Shown one piece after another: positions 54,371-64,000 of a DNA stretch of 64,000 nucleotides (positions are counted from its first letter, which is position 1; every line of letters begins with the position of its first letter). Source of the stretch: Mobula hypostoma (lineage: Eukaryota); the NCBI RefSeq assembly GCF_963921235.1, contig NC_086097.1:238764001-238828000 (forward strand), written 5' to 3'. The notes beneath the pieces were generated by a model, which saw only the letters and a program-made list of their open reading frames with translations, was not told the origin of the DNA and did not search any database. Made by a program: the position numbers and the translations under genes.

Positions 54371-54494
54371 TTAGTTTCAAATGCTTTGTATCTATGTTTA
54401 AACTTTATGGTAAACGAGCATGAAGAATCAATGAATCGAAGTTTCTCACTCATTCCTGTACTCCTAAAAGAACCCAGGGATCAAATATTACAGA

Positions 54495-55090
54495 GCTCTG
54501 ACAATGTTAATGCTGACATCCTTCTACAGATGCACAGTAGAGGGCATCCTAACATGCTGCATCACTGCATGGTACAGAAACTGCACTGCAGCGAACAGGA
54601 CGACTTTACAATGGGCAGTCAAAACTGCCCAGGGCATCACCTGCACTAGCCCACCCGCCATAAAGGACATATATACAGAAAGGTGCTGGAAAAGGGCCTG
54701 TAACATTATGAAAGATCCCACCCACTCTGCTCATGGACTGTCTGACCCAGTCCCACCAGGGAGGAGGCTACATAGCATCCACACCAGGACCACCACACTC
54801 AAAAACACTGACTTTCCCCAAGTAGTAAGGATCCACCCACTAACTCAACCCTCCACACCTCCCAACCACCACTACTTTATTATCTCCTGTCAGTCACCTT
54901 ATTTACTGTCACTCCTGTATTTAACGTCACTTTATGGACATACAATCTATATGAGCTATCTTATGTATTTATTTATATTTACTGTGCTCTTTATCTTATT
55001 GTGTTATTTTTGTGTTGCATCAGGTCCAGAGTAACAATTATTCTACTCTTCTTTGCATTTGCTTACTGGAAAAAGACATTAAACTATTCA
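54495..55090 (+). mobile_element. Rex1/Babar LINE 3' fragment
   Basis: LTSFYRCTVEGILTCCITAWY..IMKDPTH in ORF 54504-55034. Confidence 0.8.
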
Positions 55091-56229
55091 GAACTTTAAA
55101 TGAAATGGAATTAGAAACAAATTTGTAAGTTAACAGTCAATTACCTATTTTTTGATGAGTACGAGTCCAATTTAATTCTCTCATCATAACCAATCTGGTC
55201 AATGATTGCTAACATGAGTAGAATAAATGCATGTCCCTTGAAATGGGGAAGAGTTTCTCCATGGATGGGAGAAAAAGCAGAAGAGCACGGGAAGGCTCTT
55301 CTTATACCCACAGGCCAAACTGGTTACTCTCAATGTGGAACCGCAGAGTCCATGAAAGTTCCAATATCTGGTTCATTGCTTCATTTCTTAAATTGTTAAT
55401 AATTTAGCTTTTGAAAATTCTGATAGTTCAAGCCTTTATAGGCACGATTAGTTATGGTTGATAAAGCATTGGAACCATTTGAAACATCGGTGGAACTCAG
55501 TCAGGGAGATCCTAAGAACTTCCCCAGAGATACCATGCCCTACCCCTGACTTCATCCTTTTTCCCCTCTCGCATCATTTAATGCTCAATACATAATATAA
55601 TCCTGTCAACCTCAAAATACGAGCCATTTCAGTGACAACATCTCACAGTTACACAAGTGTGTTAGTCTCTCTACAAGAGTTTCAGGCTATTGACGACAAG
55701 AAATGCAAAAACAAAGCGCCCAACCTCAGTCGAACATAGAGCTCATTTGGTTCCATACCTACGCATGATAAATATAATAAGCAGCCGAAACACTATTGTT
55801 TTTTGACACAGTGAGTTCTTTACATTAATCCACCAGTGCTCATCACAGTGCGAAATAAATAACATCTCATTACCACATGCTGAATATCCATCACGTTGGA
55901 TTTTGTACAGGCCATTAATTATGCGTATGTGCTCATCTCCCCCCAGAGTGAAATATTTTACACAGAGATTCCACACCCTACTAATAATCAACAACATATT
56001 CCAATCAGCGGAGTATAAAATCGTAAGAGTACCGCAAATGCATTTTCAATGCAGAATACAATGGCCTGGTGAATGATACAGGACAGTAAATCCGGATACT
56101 ATACTTGTGCCAATAAGCTACATCCTTTTAAATCTTGCAATAATGTAACAATTAAAACACCAGAAAAGCATAACAATTTGAGTATATCCATGAATAGCTG
56201 ATTGGACATTGGCACTTTACTTGTCTTAC

Positions 56230-56342
56230 CTTGATAGAATAACTTAAATCCATGTGCGCTGACAGCGAAGTCACTAGTAAGACGCAATGCAAACACAGAC
56301 CCAGTGCTCGTCACAGGCGCAGGTATCTGAAAGCCAGTTAAC
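56230..56342 (-). CDS. CSMD3: Internal coding exon (113 bp) of CUB and Sushi multiple domains protein 3, C-terminal half of the first CUB domain
   Basis: Minus strand reads ...ctattttgccccgatgtag|G TTA ACT GGC...TTC TAT CAA G|gtaagac, with canonical AG/GT. It encodes (R)LTGFQIPAPVTSTGSVFALRLTSDFAVSAHGFKLFYQ, closest to the CSMD3 motif LRLTSDFAVSAHGFK (CSMD1/2 have SAQGF, as recalled). Confidence 0.92.
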
Positions 56343-56937
56343 CTACATCGGGGCAAAATAGAACACAATTCAGTAAGATCATATTCACAAAACCACATCC
56401 ACAAATTTATCAGCAATCTTCTTACGAAACTAAAGCTCATTGTCTGAAATACTTCAGCGTTATTTTCTATCAGATGAATTGGTATCCTCTCCTTTGCCTG
56501 CAAGAGCCACCACCAGTGAAGCTGAGAAAAGATATTAACATCTTCTCAATTTATTATAAATGTAAAATTTGTAGAATATTTATTGACTGGGATATGCAAA
56601 AGATGGAATTTTCAGAGCCCTTTACAATGGAGAACGCATCCACTAAACTCAACAGATTCAGGAACAACTTCTTCCCCTCTGCTATCAGACTTCTGAATGG
56701 ACATTGAATCCATGAACACTACCTCAGTACTTTTGATGGACTATTTATTTAATTAACATACATATATAATATACATTTCCTACTGTAATTCAATTTTTAT
56801 TATGTATTGCAATGTACTGCTGCCACATAACAACAAATTTCACAACATATGCTGAGATATTAAACCCGATTCTGAGTCTGAGAAAATGTTGAGGCTAGCA
56901 ATGTCGGCTCTAAGAGGAACTTTACCAGCATAATGAC

Positions 56938-57165
56938 CACACACAAATTACTGGAGGAACTCAACAGGTGAGACAGCATCTATGGAGATGAACATCAGTT
57001 GACAATTTGGGCCCAGACCCTTCAACGAGACTGATGAAAGCTCCTGATGAAGGGTCTTGACCCGAAAGCTCGTCTGTTTATTCCTTTCCATTAATCCTGC
57101 CTGATCTGCTGAGTTTCTGCAACATTTTTTGTGTGTGTTGCTAAGGGTTTCCAGCATCTGCAAAA
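56938..57165. mobile_element. Palindromic element made of two Penelope 3' termini, tails outward
   Basis: 56938-57032 is an imperfect inverted repeat of 57043-57140. Confidence 0.75.
57043..57076 (+). ncRNA. Minimal hammerhead motif with intact core and perfect stem II (stem I poor)
   Basis: CUGAUGA (57044-50)-A-GGGUCUUGACCC-GAAA-GCUC, with palindromic AGCU. Confidence 0.55.
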
Positions 57166-57607
57166 TCAATTATGTTTATGATTTACCAGCATGATTACTC
57201 TTATATCTCAACACTTAACCATGACCACAAGCAGGAAATGTGTTAAAGAGCGATGGTTATAAATGGGATTCACTTTCTGAAATTCAGTACCTGAGAGTTC
57301 AATAACCAGCTGCTGTTCTATCATTGATTTGCTTCTTACTGAAGGTGACACTCTAACCTTCATAAATTGTTGCCAAGCAAGCTGTTGGGTCCAGAGTCTG
57401 AAGTTCCTTCAGAGCTTTATTTGGATGAATAACATTAAAAATGAGAGTAATAAACAATTTTACTTGCTATTTCTGTCTCCTATCTCTCTCTCTCTCTCTC
57501 TCATTCAATTTTAAGTTTGCTATTCCCTTATTTTGCTTTTAGAAAAAGAGATATCATTGAATTAATTATTGTGCTGCCTCGATTGTGCAGGTCAGTGCCA
57601 GAATCGG

Positions 57608-57890
57608 GAGGTATGGTAGCATAGTGGTTAGCAAGACACTTTACAATATCAGCGACCCAGGTACAATTTCTGCCATTGCTGTAAAGGGTTTGTCCATGGC
57701 TGCGTGGATTTCCTCCGGGTGCTCTTGTCTCCTCACAGTCCAGAGGACGAACTGGTTGGTAGGGCAATTTGTCATTGTAACTTGTCGTGAGATTAGGCTG
57801 GGGTTAAATCAGAGGATTGTTGGGGAGGTGTGGCTCGAAGGGCCAGAATGGTCTATTCCTGTTGTATCACAACAAATAAATAAATAAATA
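57608..57890 (+). mobile_element. tRNA-derived SINE
   Basis: A-box-like TGGTAGCATAGTGG, an (AAAT)n tail, and homology to 24-305. Confidence 0.75.
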
Positions 57891-58551
57891 ATCTGATAAA
57901 ACACAATGTCTAAGTAATTGAGTGTGGCCAGATATATTTAGTAAACATGAAAAAAAAAATCAGAAATATTTAGAAATTATGAATAAAAATTAAATTGACG
58001 TACAATTTACATAACAATGCATGTTAATAAAATTATAAATTAATGCAAAATAACTAAACCAATTATCATTTTAATGGAGGTTGATCACTGCACTTGAAGT
58101 GAACTATGCCATATGAGCCAGCTGTTATGAAGCTAAGAAGCCACATATGAAACATAACAAATCCACTCATGTTGGTTAGGTACTAAATACCTTTAGATCT
58201 AGTACTAGGTCCTTGGGTAGAATAAGAAAGATCAAGCAAGTCTTTATACAGTAACTAAAACACACACACACAAAAAAAAACTAGTGAACTGATAAACCCA
58301 GGCATGGCCTTATCAGAGCCTTTGGATATTACAACTGCCCAAAGTATAAATCACAAAGCTTTCACGCCGTGCCAAAAACAGAAGTAAAATAACTTCAAGA
58401 CAATTAACTGTTGTGACTGAAAGTCAAACACTATTTTTAGACAGTCATTTTATCTCTCTTGGACTTCAATGACAAATAAGTTTCAAAAAGTCTTTAATGG
58501 GAAGAAAAATATCAACTTTAATAGTCAATTTAAATACTTATTTATGAATAT

Positions 58552-58812
58552 GCACTCTGTGGTTACTTTATTAAGCCCATCTACTCGTAAACACAAATTT
58601 TTAATCAGCCAATCACGTGGCAGCAACTCAATGCATAAAAGCATGCAGACATGGTCAAGAGGTTCAGTTATTGTTCGTATCAAACAACAGAATGGGGAAG
58701 AAATGTGATCTAATTTACTTTGACCATGGAATAATTGTTGGTGCCAGGATTGAGTATCTCAGAAACAGCTAATCTCCTGGGATCTTTATGCACATATTCC
58801 CAGAGTTTACAT
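58552..58812 (+). mobile_element. Partial Tc1-like non-autonomous element (family of 741-1293)
   Basis: Begins cactctgtggttactttatta; reverse-homologous to ~1040-1293. Confidence 0.65.
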
Positions 58813-60157
58813 GCCTGAAGGACTTTAAATGGGTTAGAAAATACCCCCAGAAAAAAAAGAACACATAAGAGACACAAGAGACTTAAGGTACTGTAATCCA
58901 GAGCTAATATAAACTGCTGGAGGAACTCGGTGGAACAGGCAGTATCTGTGGGGGCAGAGGGTTAGTCTACATTTTGGATTGAGACCCTGCATCAAGACCC
59001 CACTTGACCAGCTGAGTTCTTCCAACTTTCTGCTTTTTTGTTCCATATGAAGAACTATGGGAACGATTTTGGGGCTCAGACTTTGCTTCTTTTCTAGTTT
59101 TGTATGGATGGTTTTGAAGACAGCATGGGGACTTAAGGCAACACACACAAAAGGCTGGATGAACTTAGCAGGCCAGGCAGCATCCATGGAAAAGAGTAAA
59201 CAGTCGACATTTTGGGCCTAGGTCCTTCGTCAGTAATCCGGGAATTACGGGTCAGGACAGGGATGAGAAGGAGTTAGAGGGCAGGAGTAGTAATTGATGG
59301 GATGGGGGCAGGCGCCGGTGGTCGGAGTCCAAGTTAAAGCACTCCACTGTTTAAGGCCAGCAATTCCAGTGACAGATGTCAGGTTACAGGGGATAAGGAC
59401 AAAGACCAGTGGTCACTGTGGTCAATAACTGAGGTTGGAGTGCCCCAAGGATGAGGATTAATTGTGCTCCAGATCAGAATGTTTATTGGATGTACTTGCA
59501 AGACCAGAGGTCAAGGCCCGGAGTTCAAAATCTTGTGTCTGACAAATCCTGGAGTCAATACCCAGAGATCTGTAAAGTTATGAGGTCAAAGTTCAGGGAA
59601 TGGTGAGTCAAGAAATCAAAGCCCATCGGTCGAAGACCGGTCAGCAAGTCCGGAGGTCGAGGCCTGACGGTTGAAAAAATGGATCAGTGTGTCCAGAGGC
59701 TGGAGGTCTGCAAATCTGGGCAAAGGACCAGTTTGGTGAAGGCCCAATGTTTGAGATTGTGAGAGTCCATGGCCAAGGACTGGAGGTTAGAGGACCATGA
59801 CAGCTTGTCCTGAGGTTGGAAGTCTGTCTGTGCGTGTGAGTGTATCAGTAGGTGGGAGGGTGAGAAAGGGGTTGTTGTTTTGTTGTTGTTGTCCCTCTTC
59901 TTGTTGTTGCTGCTTGTGTTATTCTGCTGAACGTGCAGGGCATGGTACATTGGCTCCAGAACGTACGACGATATTTGTGGGCTTCCCCCAGCACATTCTT
60001 AGGTTATGCTGGTTGTCAACACAAACAAGATTTTTACTGTATGTTTCAATAGACATGGGAAAAATAAGTGAACCTGAAACTAACTCAAAAATTCGACTGC
60101 ATTTTCACTGAACTCCCTTATCTTGCACAGGCAGATTATATATAGGATGAATACACA

Positions 60158-60218
60158 CAGTGCTGAGCAAAAGTCTTAGGCACTTGTATAGGGAGCCTAA
60201 GACTTCTGTTTAGTACTG
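60158..60218. mobile_element. 61-bp Tc1/mariner-type mini-MITE (TIRs only)
   Basis: CAGTGCTGAGCAAAAGTCTTAGGCAC versus the reverse complement of the right end, CAGTACTAAACAGAAGTCTTAGGCTC. TA on the right. Confidence 0.55.
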
Positions 60219-60528
60219 TACACTCAGCATATATCAGCCTTTAAACCCACAACAGATAAGGGCAGGCAGGAGGAAACAGGGGCAAAGTCTTTAGTAGGGG
60301 GTGCACTCAAGGAAAATCAAGCCCATTAACTTCTGTGTGACATAAATATTACAGGAAAACTCTAAAAATCCAACATTCAATTTGGAAATCCCATTGTTTC
60401 AGCAGCTGTCCCGTATCTTCATACACCAAGTCATTGCTATCCATGAACTTCCTTTTCACTGATCCATGCACTCATGAGGGCTTACGTGTGACAGTAGGAC
60501 CAGCAGAGGTTTTAGAAACATCTGGATC

Positions 60529-60786
60529 TGCTTTGCTTTTAGTTAGTTGCACGGTGGGTTTTTTTTTGGGGGTTTTTTTTTTCTTTTTTTTCCATTGATA
60601 TATATAAAATCTAGTATACTATTATGTTATCTTGGTTTCTTATGCTTAAATTACATTGTTTGTAGTATTTTCTTTTTGGTATTGTTATCTTTTGGAATTT
60701 TATTATACTTTAACATTGTATTAATGTTTATATGGCTTACCTTTTTTGTATACTTACTCAATAAAAAGATTTAAAAAGAAAGAAAA
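60529..60786 (+). mobile_element. Retroposed 3' end (L1-clade-like 3' UTR) with polyA signal
   Basis: 15-bp perfect duplication AGAAACATCTGGATC (60514-60528, 60787-60801), AATAAA at 60760, an A-rich tail, and a TT|AGAA target. Confidence 0.8.
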
Positions 60787-60827
60787 AGAAACATCTGGAT
60801 CAGAAACTTTACAGTAGATCTACAAAA

Positions 60828-61155
60828 AGGCACAGCAGTGCAGCGGTTAGTGTAGCACCTTCCAGCACCATTGATTGTGATTGTGGTTCAATTCCTGCCA
60901 CTAACTGCAGGGAGTTTGTGCACTCTCCCTGTGACCACGTGTGTTTCATCCAAGTGCTCCAGTTTCCTCAATCATTCCAGAGATGTATGGGTTACGCCTA
61001 ATAAATTGCAGGCATACTATACTGGTTCTGGAAGTATGGCAACACTCCTAGGCTTCCCCCAGCTCAATCCTCAGACTATGTTGTTTGTTGACACAAATAG
61101 CACCTTTCACTTTATGCTTTGATATACGTGTAACAAATAAAGCTAACCTTTCTTT
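60828..61155 (+). mobile_element. tRNA-derived SINE (second subfamily)
   Basis: A-box-like CAGTGCAGCGG, B-box GGTTCAATTCC, and an AATAAA/TTTC tail. Confidence 0.6.
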
Positions 61156-62554
61156 CTTTAAGTTGAAACTCATGAGGTTCTGTTTCCAACTCTCACCTTA
61201 AGTTCACCAGACTTTAATTACCTGTTTCTCTTACATTCAACGTACAAAGTTCAAAGTAAATTTATTACCAAAGTACATATATGTCACTATATACAAGCCT
61301 GAGATTCATTTTCTTCCAGGCCTACTCAACAGATCTATAGAATAGTAACTATAACAAAATCAATGAATGACTGCCAAACTAGGGTTTTCAGCCAGAGTGC
61401 AGAAAACTACAAACTGTGCAAAAGAAAAAAGAGTAAACAATATAAATAAGTAAGCAGTAAGAGTCCTTGAAAGCTTTGTTGATGGTCTGACAAAAATCTT
61501 ATGAATTTTGATCTGCTATTTAATATTGTTCCTTGAATTAGTCTGTGGAAGTCCTCCCATATGTTTGCACGTTCCCATTAGACAGCAGGGAGGGCCTCAC
61601 AGGGTAACCTGGATTATCATGCCGGGTGCCACTATTGGCACTGGGAGATCCATCTGTTATTGTTACTTTGCATCAACTGGAAACAAATAGATTCTAAAGA
61701 TATTTTATGGCACAGTTAAAAGGCAGTTACTTTGGGTCCTGAGTTAGGCTGGGCTATCTCAGGGTGGTGGGTTGACTTATGTCTCTACCAAAGGAGGTGA
61801 AAGGCGCTCCTTCCCTCTGCTAGCTTGCATATCACCCTTGGGCAAGCTGTAGCACCTGCATAAACCTTTGATTAGGGTCACGTGAAGTCATGGGAGTAGG
61901 TGGTGGATGGTCTTATGAGCAGCTGGTGCATATCTCAAGTCCTGGTTATGTGACCAATGACGCCATGCAGACAATCTCTGAAGAGTATTGATAATTGCTA
62001 GGTTCACCCATTTTGCAAAGACACTGCCCAAAACGCAATGGCAAGCCACTTCTGTCGAAAAATTTGCCAAGAACAATCATGGTCATGGAAAGACCATGAT
62101 CGCCCACGTCATACGACACAGCACGTGACAAACAAATGATAGGTAAGAGAGGTGAATTTCCGGCCATAAGGGACTTATTAAAATACAGTCTAGTGGTTTT
62201 ATGATCAACAGTGCAGCTTAATTCTTTAATTTCAGATTATTGAACTGATTTTAAATTCCCCAGCAATTATAGTTGGATTTGAACTCATGTCTATGAATTA
62301 TTTGATCAATTACATTACCAATAATACTGTTTTATAAAATACCTTCAAAAAATCTAAATTGCTGTCTCCTCCTGGTTCCACTTTAATCATGTTGTTGGTT
62401 ACATAGTCCATAACTCCAACAAATTTATCAGAGACAATTTCTGTTTCTTATATATGTATTTACCTGATCACATTGTTGTTTTCTTTTCCCGAAATTTCAA
62501 GTCAACAAGTCCTTATAATCAAGTGAAGCACTTTCCCTGATATGCATCCAGTAT

Positions 62555-62895
62555 ACACAATTATGAGGGCATGGATAGACTAAATGCAAGCATACTTTTT
62601 CTACTGAGGTAGCGGGGAGACTAGAACTTGAGGTTGTAGGGTGAAGGATGACGGGTGAAATATTTAAGGGGAACATGAGGAGAAAGTTCTTCACTCAGAG
62701 GGTGGAAAGAGTATGGAATAAGCTGCCAGTGGTAGTGGTGGATGCAGGCTTGACTGCAACATTTAAAAGACGTTTAGACAAGTAGATTGATGGGATGGAT
62801 ATGCAGGGTTGTGGTTCAGGTGCAGGTCGATGTTACTAGGCAGAATAACAATTTGGCACAGACTAGATGTTGTGGTGTTCCATGACTATGACTCT
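62555..62895 (+). mobile_element. CR1 3' fragment
   Basis: FFTQRVERVWNKLP motif and a (ATGACT)n tail. Similar pieces lie at ~1740-1990, ~38420-38630 and ~45620-46025. Confidence 0.7.
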
Positions 62896-63519
62896 ATCCA
62901 TTTCAAACCATAATTTCCAGGTTTTTTCCCCCCCCACTCAATTCATGGAAACTTTTGCTGCCTTTAAATCCACATAGATATTACCACAATTGTAGCCATT
63001 AATTAAAAAAAAAACTAAGCGCTGGTTGAAGTTTAGGAATTCAAACTGAATTTTGGATGGGTGAGTGGACTCTCCCCCTGGACATAGCACATGGTCTGTT
63101 CTTGTACTTATCACAATAAGAACAGTTGTTGAGTTTAACAAACTTCCTCATCTGTCATTCTGGACCAAATGCTCGTCACAATACTGAGCTGGGTCAAAGG
63201 GCCTGCTTTCATGCCTCATAACTCTGCACAAAATGTCTCAAGAAGTCAGACTTCTAATTGTGACGAACAAAATAGTTAATATTGATAAATTTATTGATGA
63301 CTTTCATTTGGTATAAAAAAATCCAACAAATCCTTACACAACTCAGTGTGTAGACATAGAAATCTAGGATTCACTTATGCATTCAGTGCAATGCAGTTCG
63401 TGAGCATTTTCTTACACGCCCGTTGGCTAGCCATCGGCACAATCCAGCCACTAAACCTGCTTCATAAAACGTTGCAGTTTAACGGAGACAAATCTGAATA
63501 GGGATACGTGACTAGAAAT

Positions 63520-63985
63520 GAAATGAGTGAAGCCTCCATCGGTCAGGTCGACCATGGATTTTGCTTCCTACCTGTCTAGATACGCAAGCCAGGGCAGTAT
63601 GAAATGGAGAGAAAACTGTTGCCCATGCAGCAAGCTCCCCCTCTCTGTGCATCTCATGAACTCAATGGAATGGCAGAGACCAATGCAGTTTGGTACTAGC
63701 AGCATCAAAGGAGTTGCCAGTCAGCGTTGAACTCAACGTAGGACTGCCTTAGGGGTTCCAGCTCCAGCTTATTTCCCTCAGGGTTTACTCCTGAAACCTT
63801 CCCCATGAGTAGATATAGCCGCAAGGCAGTGGAGGTTTGAAATCAGAGTTTTCCCTTCTCCTAGATGAGCTGCCAACCACGGCTGATGAGCCCCATCAGC
63901 CCAAAGCAACTGAATTTAAGGTGCAGGTAACCCACCTTTGCCCCTTCTCCTGTCAGTAGAAATGGTTCCACCAGGGTTAGCATGC
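63520..63985 (-). mobile_element. Interspersed repeat, probably RTE-associated 5' UTR or SINE
   Basis: Minus-strand GGCAGCTCATCTAGGAGAAGGGAAAACTCTGATTTCAAACC resembles RTE-associated leaders. It shares CCCTTCTCCTGTCAGTAGAAA with ~45310-45330. Confidence 0.4.
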
Positions 63986-64000
63986 ACAATCCAGTTCTAT

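Noticed and set aside
56099..56503. 134-aa ORF as a complete gene
   Set aside because: Only 56230-56342 is CUB-like and splice-bounded; the rest is intronic read-through.
63878..63905. Hammerhead at GGCTGATGAGCCCC
   Set aside because: CUGAUGA lies inside a simple hairpin (GGCTGATG/CATCAGCC), with no properly placed GAAA-NUH.

Overview
Vertebrate intronic DNA, very probably from a cartilaginous fish (ray or shark; inferred from its CR1, Penelope-like, Rex1 and tRNA-SINE repertoire). One host exon is clear: a 113-bp minus-strand CUB-domain exon of CSMD3 (56230-56342). The rest appears to be flanking CSMD3 intron densely filled with transposable elements. These include young and old CR1 LINEs, Rex1/Babar LINEs, two Penelope-like (GIY-YIG) families, RTE-like pieces, tRNA SINEs, and Tc1, Harbinger, hAT and Tigger-like DNA elements. 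Main observations: (1) many dispersed Penelope-derived termini carry a minimal hammerhead-ribozyme motif (CUGANGA-A-stem II-GAAA-YRUH), often as tail-out inverted pairs, and are decaying at CpG sites; (2) a Sleeping-Beauty-like Tc1 right end suggests horizontal transfer; (3) an inverted pair of ~97-98% identical CR1s shares an identical inner tract and an unusual PQG>PQS change; (4) a Penelope insertion ends in a 35-bp tandem stutter inside a 14-bp target-site duplication. Most of the short ORFs supplied are TE debris or chance. Family assignments rest on motif recognition from memory, not on database searches.
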